From positions 8,068,954-8,132,953 of the forward strand of contig CM120644.1 of assembly GCA_051362555.1 (NCBI GenBank): 64,000 bases of DNA. The letters run 5' to 3'. The DNA comes from Lingula anatina. Lineage: Eukaryota; Animalia; Brachiopoda. Of this stretch, positions 28,601 to 39,506 are shown in pieces (the stretch's first letter is position 1; every line of letters starts with the position of its first letter). Made by a program: the position numbers and the translations under genes. The notes under the pieces are model-generated. The model was not told the origin of the DNA and ran no database searches. It saw nothing but the letters and a program-made list of their open reading frames with translations.

Positions 28601-30019
28601 TGTACATCTTAAGACTGGCCACTGAGGCAAGTTTGAAGATTCAAGACCATCTCTCTAGGGTTTTAAAGACTGGTCAGGGGCGGATTTAGGCCGTCTTCTG
28701 GGTCTTCCGGAAGACGGTCAGATTTTCAAGTTTACATTGACGGCTATCTATTTTTTTCTGTCGGAAGACGGTCAAAAGTGGAGGGTGGAACAATAAAGAT
28801 AATTCGGAAGCCTGTCACAAAATATTCCTGGATCCGCCCCTGCTGGTTGCACATTTATGACTGCTTTCAAATATTTTAGACAGCTCACAAGTATTGACGA
28901 CTGGTTGTAGTTATTTAAGACAGGTTGTAGTTATTTTTAATGTGGTTCAGGCATTTGAAAAAGGGCCCTGTAAAACTCACTGAGCAACAGAGTCTATGTT
29001 GAATTTGCTGGTGCCTGCTATTTAACAAGCAAAAGTGGTCTTTTAAATTAAATATTTAACTTATTCAAAAATTGTATTTTATGCTTTTAATTTGTGTATT
29101 TTTGTATTTCATTTGTTTTTCTCTCTGATGAGTTTCTAGAGAGAGAGAGAGAGAAAGAGAGAGAGATTCCATACAGATTTCTTCTTTGACCTTATTTTGC
29201 TTTAGGTAAACTGTAATTGTTAAATAGATACAATACATAGTTTAATTTGTCCTGTCACCATTATTGGAATTGTAGTAATTTTCTTGTTATTTCAGGTGGA
29301 ATGGGATACAGAAAAAGAATGCTTTGAAACTTTTGCCAGAGAAACCAGTGAATTCTATGCTATGAAGAAGGACTCTTTCCAGCTATTAAAGGTTAGATGC
29401 AAAAGTCATTTACTCTCTTTAATCCCTCAAAATAAAACAAAATTCAATAATCACACAGCTTTCACATTTCTACAGTAACTGTTAAAGAAGATAAGTCATG
29501 TAGACATTCTGAGATTTCATAAAAAATATAAGGTATTACAGAGTGCTGTGAAATACTCAGTGAAATAGATTTTGAATGTCCATCTTAATCATTTTGTAAT
29601 GCACATTGTATACTCCCATTACCTCACATCTTCCACATCAGTAACTTTGCATTTCACCCTACTGATAACCAGTTGCACAACTATGAAAATAAAATTGTTA
29701 TAAGTATGGCGCATTTAAGCCATTATGGTTATTACACAGTCTCAACAATATTGAGTCTAAAAGAGTCCTCCCATTGCATTTATTAAAAAATCTATTACAT
29801 GTTTCACACACGTCTTTTAGTTTTAAAAGAACAGCATTTATTCATTTTGTTTTCATTTTCCAGGAAGACTCCAGTGAATCCTGGAAGTGGACCACAGAAC
29901 ATGTCATCTACCCTGCCATACGAACTAGTTTATACCCACCAAAATTATTTGCAGAAAATGCCTCATTTCTACAAATCGCGAACCTTCCAGACCTTTATAA
30001 AGTGTTTGAAAGATGTTGA
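325..30019 (+). CDS. MLH1: DNA mismatch repair protein MLH1, 5'-partial, 12 exons: 325-437, 2770-2863, 21656-21809, 22587-22659, 25388-25547, 25809-25960, 26873-26981, 27185-27248, 27777-27941, 28534-28626, 29296-29391, 29864-30019
   Basis: Spliced translation gives [42 protein letters not shown], the linker motif [20 protein letters not shown] and the terminal LYKVFERC*. All junction phases are consistent. Exon sizes 113/94/154/109/64/165/93 equal human exons 9-11 and 14-17 as I recall them. Confidence 0.97.
1854..2103 (+). mobile_element. Foldback MITE family C (PIF/Harbinger-like)
   Basis: Termini GGCTGGGTTCC…GGGAATGGTCCC and an internal inverted repeat (GCTTAGATGTCTGG/CCAGACATCTAAGC). 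Homologous to the copies at 10416, 21820 and 22879. Confidence 0.75.
2131..2380 (-). mobile_element. tRNA-derived SINE with V-domain-like core
   Basis: Minus strand shows A box TGGCCTTGTGG, B box GAGTTCAACC, core GGTACC…CCCGCTTGGCACTCAGCA and a 3' CTGTATGCTCCCCAGGGAG segment. Confidence 0.65.
4551..4718 (+). mobile_element. MITE family A (CAGGGGCGGAT TIR)
   Basis: About 168 bp, CpG-decayed TIRs, ATATATG on both sides. Confidence 0.85.
5591..6135 (+). mobile_element. Non-autonomous HINE/Helentron-like element with two internal ~161-bp tandem units
   Basis: Starts AACAAG. Duplicated core at about 5756 and 5917, followed by a short (GAC/AAC)-type microsatellite and an A-rich end. Confidence 0.55.
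8739..9258. mobile_element. Possible Harbinger-like non-autonomous element
   Basis: TIRs GGCTGCATTCTGAACA and TGTTCTGAATGCGGCC (14/16 match), TAT on both sides. Confidence 0.45.
9704..9871 (+). mobile_element. MITE family A
   Basis: TIR CAGGGGCGGAT…ATCCGCCCCTG with 5-bp TSD ATTCT. Confidence 0.9.
10416..10663 (+). mobile_element. Foldback MITE family C
   Basis: TIR GGCTGCATTCCCACAGA…TCTGTGGGAATGGTCTC and internal palindrome GCTTAAATGTCTGTCACGCCTA/TAGGCGTGACAGACATTTAAGC. Confidence 0.8.
10829..11257 (-). mobile_element. HINE/Helentron-like non-autonomous element
   Basis: Internal repeated GATGACCCCT…GGTCAAAG(G/T)TCAA units; ends ACACCTCTTGTT (reverse complement AACAAGAGGTGT). Confidence 0.6.
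11286..11456 (+). mobile_element. MITE family A (diverged)
   Basis: Homologous to the 9704 copy; ends GGATCTGCCCCTG. Confidence 0.8.
13586..13798. mobile_element. Foldback MITE family D (Harbinger-like)
   Basis: TIR GGCTCATTCCCAA/TTGGGATTGAGTCC, TAA on both sides, internal palindrome. A truncated relative starts at 58095. Confidence 0.7.
15028..15280. mobile_element. Non-autonomous DNA transposon with ~60-bp TIRs (CMC/EnSpm-like termini)
   Basis: CCCCTGCAAAAATTTGTCTCATTTAA… and …TTAAATGAGACAAATTTTTTGCAGGGG, with TG on both sides. Confidence 0.75.
15588..15737 (-). mobile_element. MITE family B (diverged)
   Basis: CAGGC…GCTATGGGCCTG; near-TSD TACCG/TACTG; similar to the 35566 copy. Confidence 0.6.
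18555..18995. repeat. Composite minisatellite: ~17-bp GGTTGCCTGGTGAT[GA]T units within a longer higher-order unit
   Basis: Many GGTTG(C/A)CTGGTGAT copies punctuated four times by a …AG(A/G)CTCAAA…CAGTTTAAA-like spacer. Confidence 0.85.
21820..22035. mobile_element. Foldback MITE family C
   Basis: GGGACCATTCCCA…TGGGAACCCAGTC with TTA target duplication. Confidence 0.8.
22290..22579. repeat. 57-bp minisatellite, 5 copies
   Basis: Consensus GTAAATCCAAAATGTTTTGTGATTTTGACAAATTGATTTTAAAGAAGTAATTACCCT. Confidence 0.9.
22879..23103 (+). mobile_element. Foldback MITE family C (internally deleted)
   Basis: Shares GATTTAGATCGATC, AACTCC..GGGGGTTCACGCTAAATTGC and GTGAGACTCCCCA with the 10416 copy. Confidence 0.7.
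27546..27704 (-). mobile_element. MITE family A (reverse orientation)
   Basis: Reverse complement of the family A internal sequence; ends CCACCCCTG. Confidence 0.8.
28675..28842 (+). mobile_element. MITE family A
   Basis: Intact TIRs with 5-bp TSD CTGGT. Confidence 0.9.
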
Positions 30020-30411
30020 TACTCTGTTACTTGAATGTGTTAAGTCTTTTTCTTGGGGATTTACACGATTGTTTCATCTATGCAGAGTTATACTGTATAT
30101 CACATGCGCAGTGCTGGTACAGTATATTTGAACTACTGCGGCGTCGCTGTGTTAAATAATTAGTCTTTTTTAACCTTGCCTGATCGAGCTACAGCAGGCT
30201 GTTCACATCAAAGAAATAGCGATGTCAGCCTGTTACCAGGTGAATGACACTGTGTGAATAGTGATAATTGTTCAGGCAAAGCCGTTATAGGGGTCATTAT
30301 CTGTTTATTGTCCTCTGTTGATAATAAAGTTTTCAATTTCACTTCAGTGTTTTCGTAGACCAGTATATCGAAAAAGGAGAGAGAGAGAGAATATGAAGCT
30401 CAATGATCATG

Positions 30412-30578
30412 CAGAGGCGGATTTAGACCGTCTTCTGGGTCTTCCAGAAGACGGTCAGATTTCCAAGTTTACGTCGACGGGTATCTATTTTTTCTGTCGG
30501 AAGACGGTCAAAAATGTAGGATGGATCAGCAAAGATAATTTGGAAGACTGTCAGAAAATATCCCTGGATCCGCCCCTA
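30412..30578 (+). mobile_element. MITE family A
   Basis: CAGAGGCGGAT…ATCCGCCCCTA; near-TSD TCATG/TGATG. Confidence 0.85.
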
Positions 30579-33103
30579 TGATGGATTCATTTCTTTAAGC
30601 TCCTTAAGTTTGAAAAATAAAAGACGGACACTATCAAACACAGGTATTTCAACAAACCTAACAAAAATTATACCAGAAAAGCGCCACACGCTGTGAATAA
30701 TAAAAAAAAGACCGTACTCCGCTCGTCAGATTTTCGCGTGAGCACATTTTGAGTGTATCACACATCTCATGGTAGTATATGGGGGTAGCACGTATTAGCC
30801 TTTATCACAATGGCAAAAGAACAGACGAATTTTATTATTGACTGTATTTAGACTTTTACACGTTCTAATAAGTTTTGAAGCTGCCTGAGCTCATATCGGC
30901 ACTAGTAAATTGCCGTGAGAAACCTTGAACTGATAAAATATTGACGAGGGCCAGATTGATGAATATGCAGTCTTTTAAATCTATGAGAAAATTAAAAGTT
31001 AATACTGGTATTAAAGTAACGACATCGAAAATTGCTTAGAAAGTAATTCTTGTATGAAGTATTTCTCATAATTAAACTCCATTTTTATTCAGTTTTGTTA
31101 AATTTATTCGTTCATTATTTTTTTCTCTCGAAACTTAACACTGTGAAAAGTAAAACCACTGCGCCACACATCCAGCCTAGCGAGATGCATCTGTGTGTAG
31201 ATTAGCGTCCAGCCCAGGGTGTGGTGATGTAGTTAGGGCACATAAGTCGCCACAGAACACATGTGACACACAGAAATATGTCCTGGGAATAGAATATGAC
31301 GCTTGTGAGGAATTAAATGACGTGAAACAAAAAATTAAGGAAAGATATGCCCTCCATTACAATAGCACGTGCGACTGATAAGTTGAGGCGAGTCGAACGT
31401 TGAGGTTTTTTTATGGTGAAAATGGTGGAAGGAGTCGTGCCGTGTTACACATGAGATAAAATGGTTGAGATGATGGCAAAATAAGTTCAGTTTTCGGTAT
31501 ACTCCGCAACCTTCGCAAGAAATAAGAATAACAAGTTATGCCAGAATCGGTTCAAAATGCCAACGAGCTAATTTGTGCGAAGAAAGATGATACGGAGGGA
31601 GAGACGAAAAGAAAGCGAAGACGTGATAATAAATTGATAACTATCTAATCCGTCAGTACAGACGAAATTCAAGATTGGCGCAGAAGTACGAAACAAAGAA
31701 TACACAAAGAGGATCGGTGGAAGGAAGCCGAAGAACTTAACCATAGGAATTATTTTATTGTCATCACGAACGACTGAAAATCAGCAAAGAGCTAAGATAA
31801 TCTGAAATATATTTTTTCAGGTCATTCCTTATCCCGTTCTTCACGCTGATGCTCTACGATTAAAGTATAAAAAGGTGGGAGTATTTCGAAACAATTTTGT
31901 CAGCATGTACATAAGATTTAATTAAATAAAGCAGAAGAAAAAGACTGACTGTTTCGCCTCAGACAAACACTATTTTTCCAGTTTATCCCGCTAAACGCAG
32001 GATACACTTGAACAATGAAAAATGTATTGAAGAAAACGGGAGACGAAATATAAGGAAACCCTTGCACCAGCAGGAAATTTCTCCTTGATTCCACTCAATG
32101 GGCGTATACCCCGAGAGAATTATTTTCTTGCTGTAAGAAGACATCGCACAACAAAGGAAAACTCCTATAGGCCTCTACACATTTTTATCACAAAATTAGA
32201 TGACTTTTTTTCCCGAAATCTTAACTTGATCGGCAGTGATTTGAATTATACGTTCAAGTTAACTCCAAACAATGATTCTTCTTTCTATACGTTTGCGTGA
32301 GGAAAAACCACAAGTCTGCACCAGCCTTTGCCCTGTGTAAACATTAACATTAAAAGAAGAGCGAGATTGGAGTCAGGAACAATTCCAGGCAATTGACACT
32401 TCTCAACCGCAGCGGTGACTTGTAATTGGGTAAGGGACGCCGCTGGCCAGCGTGTGAGTGCTACCCGCATCTTACGAACACTGCCTGCTATGCTTTCGGC
32501 CTTTATTGTTTATTGCCTTTTGTCGACATAATTTTATGTCACAATACAGCGCACACTAATAATACGAACCATTGTGATAGCAACTAGTGAAGTTCATAAC
32601 AAAGAAAAAAAAAACAATTTCAATCGAAAGGAAAATGCAAAGAAAATAAACGCACCCGGTGATGTCGTCATTGGATGGTGAGAATTGCATCTGATATCAC
32701 GTGCTCATTATAAGCTGAAAATAATATATAGGCGAAGATATTTCACATTTACGAAATCAGGAAAAAATATGGCATCCTAGTCGACAGAGGGGTCATTTTC
32801 CTCATTTGCCGAAATCGTGCGTTTATCAGATCGGTTTACTCTACAGCATTAATAATACCTTTTGTTCATTTCAAAGAATTGGTTAGGGGTCTCCCACATC
32901 ACGACCTTAAAAGTAAATATCCCTTATGTTTAAAAAGCACCTAGAAATCTTATGGATTAACTGGAGTATCGCTGAATGTAGAAGTCTTTAAGCACCCGTA
33001 TCTTTCTCGCGCAAGCACGAATTTGCGCAGTAAACTTTCTTAAATAATTAAGCGAGAAGAAATAAAAATTTAACAACCAGTATTTAACGTGCAATATTTC
33101 GAT

Positions 33104-34116
33104 ATGGATCCACTCGCTGCCCGCTCGAATTATACAGGAAGCAGCGCTTTCTCAGAATACTTCTCCACGCAAACGACAAACCCGTATTATGTGAATACGA
33201 ACTCCTATATAAGCAATGTAACGACACCTGACTACGCACGGTCTTCAAACTACGCTCCTACCTACGACTACCACGCTAGACCACCACCGCGCCTCATGTC
33301 GACGCCAGGGCCAGAGACAGCCTACGGGAAGACGCCACTGACGCTGGGAACGGAGGGGTACGCCTCACCGCCGTGGCAGAATATTAACGTTAACGTTACG
33401 CCGTCTACGCCAATGATATGGGACGGCAAGTCTGACGGCAGCATGTTCTCATGGTAAGTTGAATTATACAGTTTAACGCACACAGTGAGCGTTTGACTAT
33501 CGTATAGCTAAATTCTAATTTTTTTTTTTTTTTGAAATTCCCTATCATTTAAACACCAAGATGTACTAATTCCTTTTTGTTTTCTATGTAAAGATATGAA
33601 ATTCTTCATGAATAAAGCACTGTTTGCCTTAAAAGTACTTTCAATCTATTATTTTATATATCAACACTTTTTTTATCTTAAATCTACTGACAAGTGTCTT
33701 TTTAAAACGGGATTGATTGAAAAATAACGAAATAGTATTAAACGATAACCATGAAGACGGAAACTTAGTTAATTTAGACTGCTAATAAATTTGGGGTAGC
33801 CTTTGCTAATTTAGACTGCTAATAAATTTGGGATAGTGTAGCCTTTGCTGTTATGTGATATATTTCCATTTGCATAAATATAGGTGATTTGCATTTTTCC
33901 TATTGAAAAAATCAGGTCACTGTTGTTTTGGCGGAGAAATCCTTATTCAAGGAAAATCAAAACTGGTGATCTGTATGGCGAAACGATTTTAAAATGGAAA
34001 ACTGATTTGGTGTGGTAACAATGTTGCCTTCATCAAGTGACACAAAATAAAGGTGATACAAAATAAAGGTTGCTAATTGGGCACGCAATGCTCCATAAAA
34101 ATGATTTGTTTTTATT

Positions 34117-34157
<41 letters not shown>

Positions 34158-35250
34158 TTGTAACCAGGGCCCTAGGACGACCAGGTGACTTTGGTCTCAC
34201 ACAAATTCCCGGGGCACTGAACGGCGGTCTCTCGACACAGGCTATTAAAAGGAAACGGAAGACGACACCCGCACAACGCTTAGCGGCGAACATTAGGGAA
34301 AGACGAAGTAAGAAGAAATGCGTGAGTGTGTGTGTGTGAGTGTGTGTGTGTGTGAGTGTGTGTGTGTGTGTGTAGTTTTGTGTGCTTGTGTGCGTGAGAG
34401 AAAGAGACTTATTTGACACTACGCATCCCACATTTCTTCGGTTTTCCATCTCCTACAGTGTTGAATCCAACACAAATTGATTTATAATATAGATTGAAAT
34501 TCAGTCTCAAAGACAAACGCCTAGATGTAGCTGAGCCTTTTTGACGCGATCTGATTTTTAGTCAAGGTTTATATTCACTGCCTCTTTATTTATACATGAT
34601 ATATGGTGGCACTGTTTATGAAACGTTACCATTGCATGTCTATTTATACAAGCAATAATTTTATGCTATATATATTGAAGATATTAAGTGTCCTAGATAT
34701 CTGTATCCCCATGAATTGATTATACAGAGTTAGCTATTTGTGTTGTTTCAACGATATATCATTTTAGTTACCGTTAATGATAATAATAATAAAACGTTCA
34801 TTGAGAATTTTGTGTATATATAATCCTTTAACGCTTTGCTTGTGGAAAAGAACATTATACAAAGCACAGTGACAAAGTTGTAAGTCAGAGAAGGTAGGAC
34901 AGTAAATAATTTTTTCCAGTGCATGTGTAATGAAAATTTCCCTTAATTCTCTCATCTTCACCCTAGGAATGATAAATCTGAACACAGCATTTGATCGTCT
35001 GCGGCGCAGAGTTCCCAGCTTCCCCCACGAGAAACGACTGTCAAGGATACAGACGCTCCGATTGGCTATCTTGTACATTTCATTCATGACCGAGTTATTA
35101 TCGGGTCAAGACATACACACTCTTCTCCAACAGAAGGAACAGGAGCAGGGTCATAAACCTGTTGTCTGGCAACCTTATGAGTGCGTCAGCCCCGCAGCGA
35201 CATCTAGTGATTCGTTTTTAGAGGATTCCTTAGACGGAGGCCCTTTATAA
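33104..35250 (+). CDS. Fer3/FERD3L (Nato3, PTFb)-like class A bHLH transcription factor, copy 1; exons 33104-33453, 34168-34307, 34967-35250 (about 257 aa)
   Basis: GT-AG junctions of phase 2 then 1 join [20 protein letters not shown]^[45 protein letters not shown], very close to the FERD3L bHLH (…[14 protein letters not shown]). Confidence 0.9.
34110..34156. repeat. (TTTA)n/(TTA)n microsatellite just upstream of the bHLH copy 1 exon 2 acceptor
   Basis: Direct reading. Confidence 0.9.
34322..34372. repeat. (TG)n microsatellite
   Basis: Direct reading. Confidence 0.9.
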
Positions 35251-35565
35251 TTATCTGATTATATATATTTGAAAAAAAAACTACGGGATATAGCCTCTCG
35301 ACAATCTTATTTTTTATTCATTTTGACTAAAAATAAATGGTAGAGATCAGATTCTATCAACGAAATCAAATTAAATGGGCAGCAGCTCTTGGTCAACATA
35401 ATCAAGGAGAAATTTGGAAGAAAGACAAATGCATATCTCTACTGAAGCGCCAAACGCTGCTCCTCCTTACCGTTATAAAGGAACCATTACTGCCTCAAGC
35501 GTGCGACAATCCTTCCACGAAATCCAAACAAAATACAGTTGCTCAATCCAAGTTATTAAACAGTA

Positions 35566-35736
35566 CAGGCCCGTAGCCAGGGGGTTCGGGGGGTTCGAAA
35601 AAACCGCCCCTTTTGCTGGGAAAAGGTCCACTTTGGTTAAAATTTGATCTAAGTACATGAAGTGTTTCTGGGAAAAGGTCCACTTTTTCAGAAAAAGAAC
35701 CCCCCCCCCCTTTTGAAATTGCTGGCTACGGGCCTG
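35566..35736 (+). mobile_element. MITE family B (CAGGCCCGTAGCCAG TIR)
   Basis: 15-bp perfect TIR with 5-bp TSD CAGTA. Confidence 0.9.
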
Positions 35737-37115
35737 CAGTACCATTATTCAAGACAATCTTAATTATTATTTATCTCTTGTTCGTATTTTCTGTTTGAAG
35801 TACTGTTCTACCAGTTATAATGAATTAGAATAATATTATACTTGTATCAACAAATTTATGATAATTCTACATATCTTATTGTTAAGGATAAAAGGGCCGT
35901 AAAATACTGTTTATGCGTATAGGACAATTAGAACAACTCGTAAGCTACATAATTAATAAATACCTGTATTTAATAACTTTGTCCTTTTTGTTATCTATCG
36001 GGGTTTATTTCCAAGTCAACAACAGACGATTATGGCCATTTTTCTTTCTCAGTGATAGAAACTCAGAGGAAAACCCCATGATTGTGTTTATTTCATAACA
36101 TACAGTTACCAGTACATGGAAATACTTGCTGAGATTAATTTGAAGATTTTGTCAAGAAAAGTGAACAGATGGTGCTTTGCACAGGAAAATCACTTAGCAT
36201 GACCTGTTCTGGAAAACAGAGTGCTTTATTAAATGAAATATTGATTATGCATATGGGTAATGACAAAGATTAAACCTATTGCAATTTTGAGTCGTTGCCA
36301 ACATATTTTTACTTATCGGATAATAAAGCATATAAATAAGATTGTAAGTGAGCTTTCTAGACCTTCCTATGTCTCTTATCTTCGAGAATTTTAAGCCGTT
36401 TTCCTTTTGACGAATGAGGTACAGCATATGAGCAAATTGACACTCGTACAAATGCTTTTCAAATAGCCAACTGAAGAAAATGTTTTTAAAAATCCAGACT
36501 TATTAAGGAAATAATGAAACATGGCGAAGTTAAAGTCAAATATTTCTGGAAAAGTATCTAAAACGCTATCAAAACATGCTCCATAGAATAGGCTTACGTT
36601 CAGCCAAGTGTTAAATGTCAGCACAGAGAAGACGGAGAAAAAGAAACACACGGCACCTCTATCGCATTTGGGTTTTATTCAAAAACAGCTGTAGGTGTCT
36701 TGTGCTTAAAAAGGAGCTTTGAACAGAGACTTAATTGCAGACAATTTCCAGATAGCCTATATGACTGAACGAAAGTGTGCTTAATGATATAGCAATATTG
36801 CCACGAGCTAATTTGTCCCAGTTCTGTAGATAAATCTAAATTTGACTGCGCATTAGACTTGATGTTAAATGCACTGTAGGCCTACATGTATTGCTATCAG
36901 TGTACATGTATGTGACTACAACTGAAATAGGCCTTTTCAAAACAAATGGAGTAGATGTCCCACTGGTAAACACAAAATATTAGGGATGGTTTTGGTCGAA
37001 TTGTTTCCACAGCATACGGCTTGAATATAAAACCCCCAACTGAGCGCGTAAGTAGAACTGTCATATCCTCTTACAGTATATTGAAACATAAGAATGAGAG
37101 AATGGGAAACAGTTA

Positions 37116-38484
37116 TTATATCTGAAGTCTGAAACAAAAGACGTCCGCCAAACCATTCAGTGGCACTACCGAGGTAGCATTTCTGGCGTCTGCCACGACA
37201 ACGGCCCTTGACTCCTCATCGGCGCACCCCGGGCGCGGATAACGTATAGGCATGCGCAGCGTCCCGTCTGACACCCAGCCCCATCTACACACGTCCAGAC
37301 CGTCATCATGAGCCGCCTGCAGTTGGATAGGTGTCGCTATAGTCGCGCCTAAGAGCTCACACTGCGCTTGCGCTTTGGCGAACGTCAGCTTGTATTGTCC
37401 ATGTTCTGATTCGACATGGAAAACTGGAGCTAATGGACAAAAAATAAAGCACGTTAGAGGTCAATTACAAGGCATGGTGCAAAAATATAGTGTAATGAAC
37501 TTCAGCCAGTATTCATTCTATACAGACCCATAACGTCTGTCACCAAAGACAAAAATAAAGTGTTATATATATATTTAATGAAAAAAATAAAAAAAAGATA
37601 AAGATGCTTAGGCCTGTCATGTTGTATTTTCACTTTTTCCACTGAATACTTACTTTTGGTACACACACTAACACAGGATTCTTGGCCCTCCTTTAAGGAA
37701 GTATGGTACTCTGTAGTTCCTATGGGTTTGATGATGTTTTTATTCTTGTTGATATTCAAAGATAAAGTTTTATTGAGTTTTTCTTCAAGTATCTCAAAGG
37801 ACATCATCATATCTGCATTCATTTGCTTCAAAGTTATTCCTAGTCTCTCTTCTACTAAGAGCACGTGCTTTTGAATTGCCGCCATATCGGCGTTGGAATT
37901 CTGGGATATGTGTTCCGTGGTGGAGCTGTGTGAAGAAAGCTGCTGCTGCAGGAGACGAAGTAATCCGTTTTGAGCGTTCAGTTGCATGTTTTGGGCGGAC
38001 AGAAGCTGCGAGATGGCTTGCAGATGAATCAGCATTGGAGTCAAATCTTGATAGTTTTTGCACTGAGTGGTGAGATTATCAATCTGAAAACACACCGGTA
38101 TGAATTGATAAGAAATGGTCCCCTAATTCGGTAAAATTGTATTTTGCTTAATATGAGTAAAATCCGTACTTCAACAATACAAATGAATTAATAAATACAT
38201 TCTGTATATACAAAATTGACAATATACTTTGATGTGGTTTACTCTATTTTAAGATGCCTTCAAACTGTCTCAGTTCCACTTGATCATGATACGAAAACCA
38301 TTTAACTTTGGTTCATATACGTATTGCATGGATCGTATAAGGAACCCTATACATTTCTCAAACACTGACCAACCAATAAATGAAGAAACTTTTCACTCAC
38401 CTCTTGACTGTTAATACGTGTCCAAGAAAGAGTGCACACTGAAAGCACTGCCGTGATTGTTATCAAGACACTAGTTCGACCCAT
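37116..38484 (-). CDS. Secreted protein: signal peptide + coiled coil + C-terminal Link (Xlink) module; exons 38484-38401, 38083-37654, 37429-37116 (about 275 aa; alternative in-frame ATG at 38505)
   Basis: Exon 1 MGRTSVLITITAVLSVCTLSWTRINSQE|gtgagt. Exon 2 is Q/L-rich and helical, ending A|gtaagt. Exon 3 reads VFHVESEHGQYKLTFAKAQAQCELLGATIATPIQLQAAHDDGLDVCRWGWVSDGTLRMPIRYPRPGC…DVFCFRLQI*, with the four Link cysteines and the GW..DG…PI..PRPGC motif. Phases 0 and 1 are consistent. Confidence 0.88.
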
Positions 38485-39506
38485 AGTCCCTGACATCATG
38501 ACCATTTCTTCTATTAAACGCTATTTAAGTCTAACTCAGCAAGGAATCAGCCATATTAAGTAGATGTATAAAATGAAAATCGACTGCTGGGTGGATGCTT
38601 GTCCACAGATCACGAAGAGAAACCAAACTGTTACAAAGTGCTCGTTTCAGACAAGCCGTTTCAATCCTTTACCAAGAAGGAGGCCAAAGTTTGACGTTCA
38701 CTTGTCCTTAAAAATCTTTCCGAAATCTTTCGCTCACAGGGTAATTTTGCGCTTGCGGCGTTTTAAAACTGTTGCTTGAAGTGAATGGTTTTTAAGGGAA
38801 CATATTTTGTTACAATTATGACTCATTTAACGAGATTTATTGTGCAAGTCAGGGAGAAAGTTAATGTGTGGCACTGTTGTATTTTATACTGATGCAGCTA
38901 AACTCGTTAAAATAATATCAAGAGAAGTCAGCTGAGCGGGAAAAGATTGCAACTCTCTTTTAACATATGGGACAATTTCAGTTAAAACAGGAAACTTTCA
39001 AGAAAGTGGTCAGATTGAAATTGCATATGAACAAACATATGAAATAGCCTTACTTCAAATTATACAATTTACAGCCCATTCGGTTTCTAGGTGATTTGAA
39101 TTCACAGCCATATGGACTATATTTTACTCTAGCTTTGTATACTGGGGAATAACAATGTACATAATATTGACGGATATTTAACACAATATTTGATACAGGA
39201 ATTTAAAGCACAAAAATAATAACCAGTTACGAGTACCGATTCTTTTTTATTGCGACCCTGACACAGATACACAGTCTGTTGTAGTCACATACGTAAAAAA
39301 CATTATAAAAATTCGGATTCCTTTCGCATTTCCAAAGAACTATCGCGTCGGGCTTATGTTGAACACGTGCGCGGGGAATAAATCCATCGGCAGCACGTGC
39401 GGAACAGCTACTGTGCCACACAAAAAGTTCTATAATAGTCTGCTATTTCTCATTTCACACTTGGACTTATAATGACTGAATGCTTTGCCAGTTGCCGTTA
39501 ATAGCA

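Noticed and set aside
30318-30581. ORFs with [14 protein letters not shown]-like peptides here and at 4415-4627
   Set aside because: The similarity comes from MITE family A copies, not from a gene family.
31538-31648. 36-aa ORF containing TKRKRRR as a fourth, decayed bHLH paralog
   Set aside because: No convincing AN.RER or helix-loop-helix remnant follows; purine-rich sequence explains the basic run.
33770-33848. ~37-bp tandem duplication in bHLH copy 1 intron 1
   Set aside because: Ordinary local duplication with no sign of function.
37502-38095. 197-aa ORF as a stand-alone gene
   Set aside because: It is exon 2 of the Link gene plus read-through into flanking introns.
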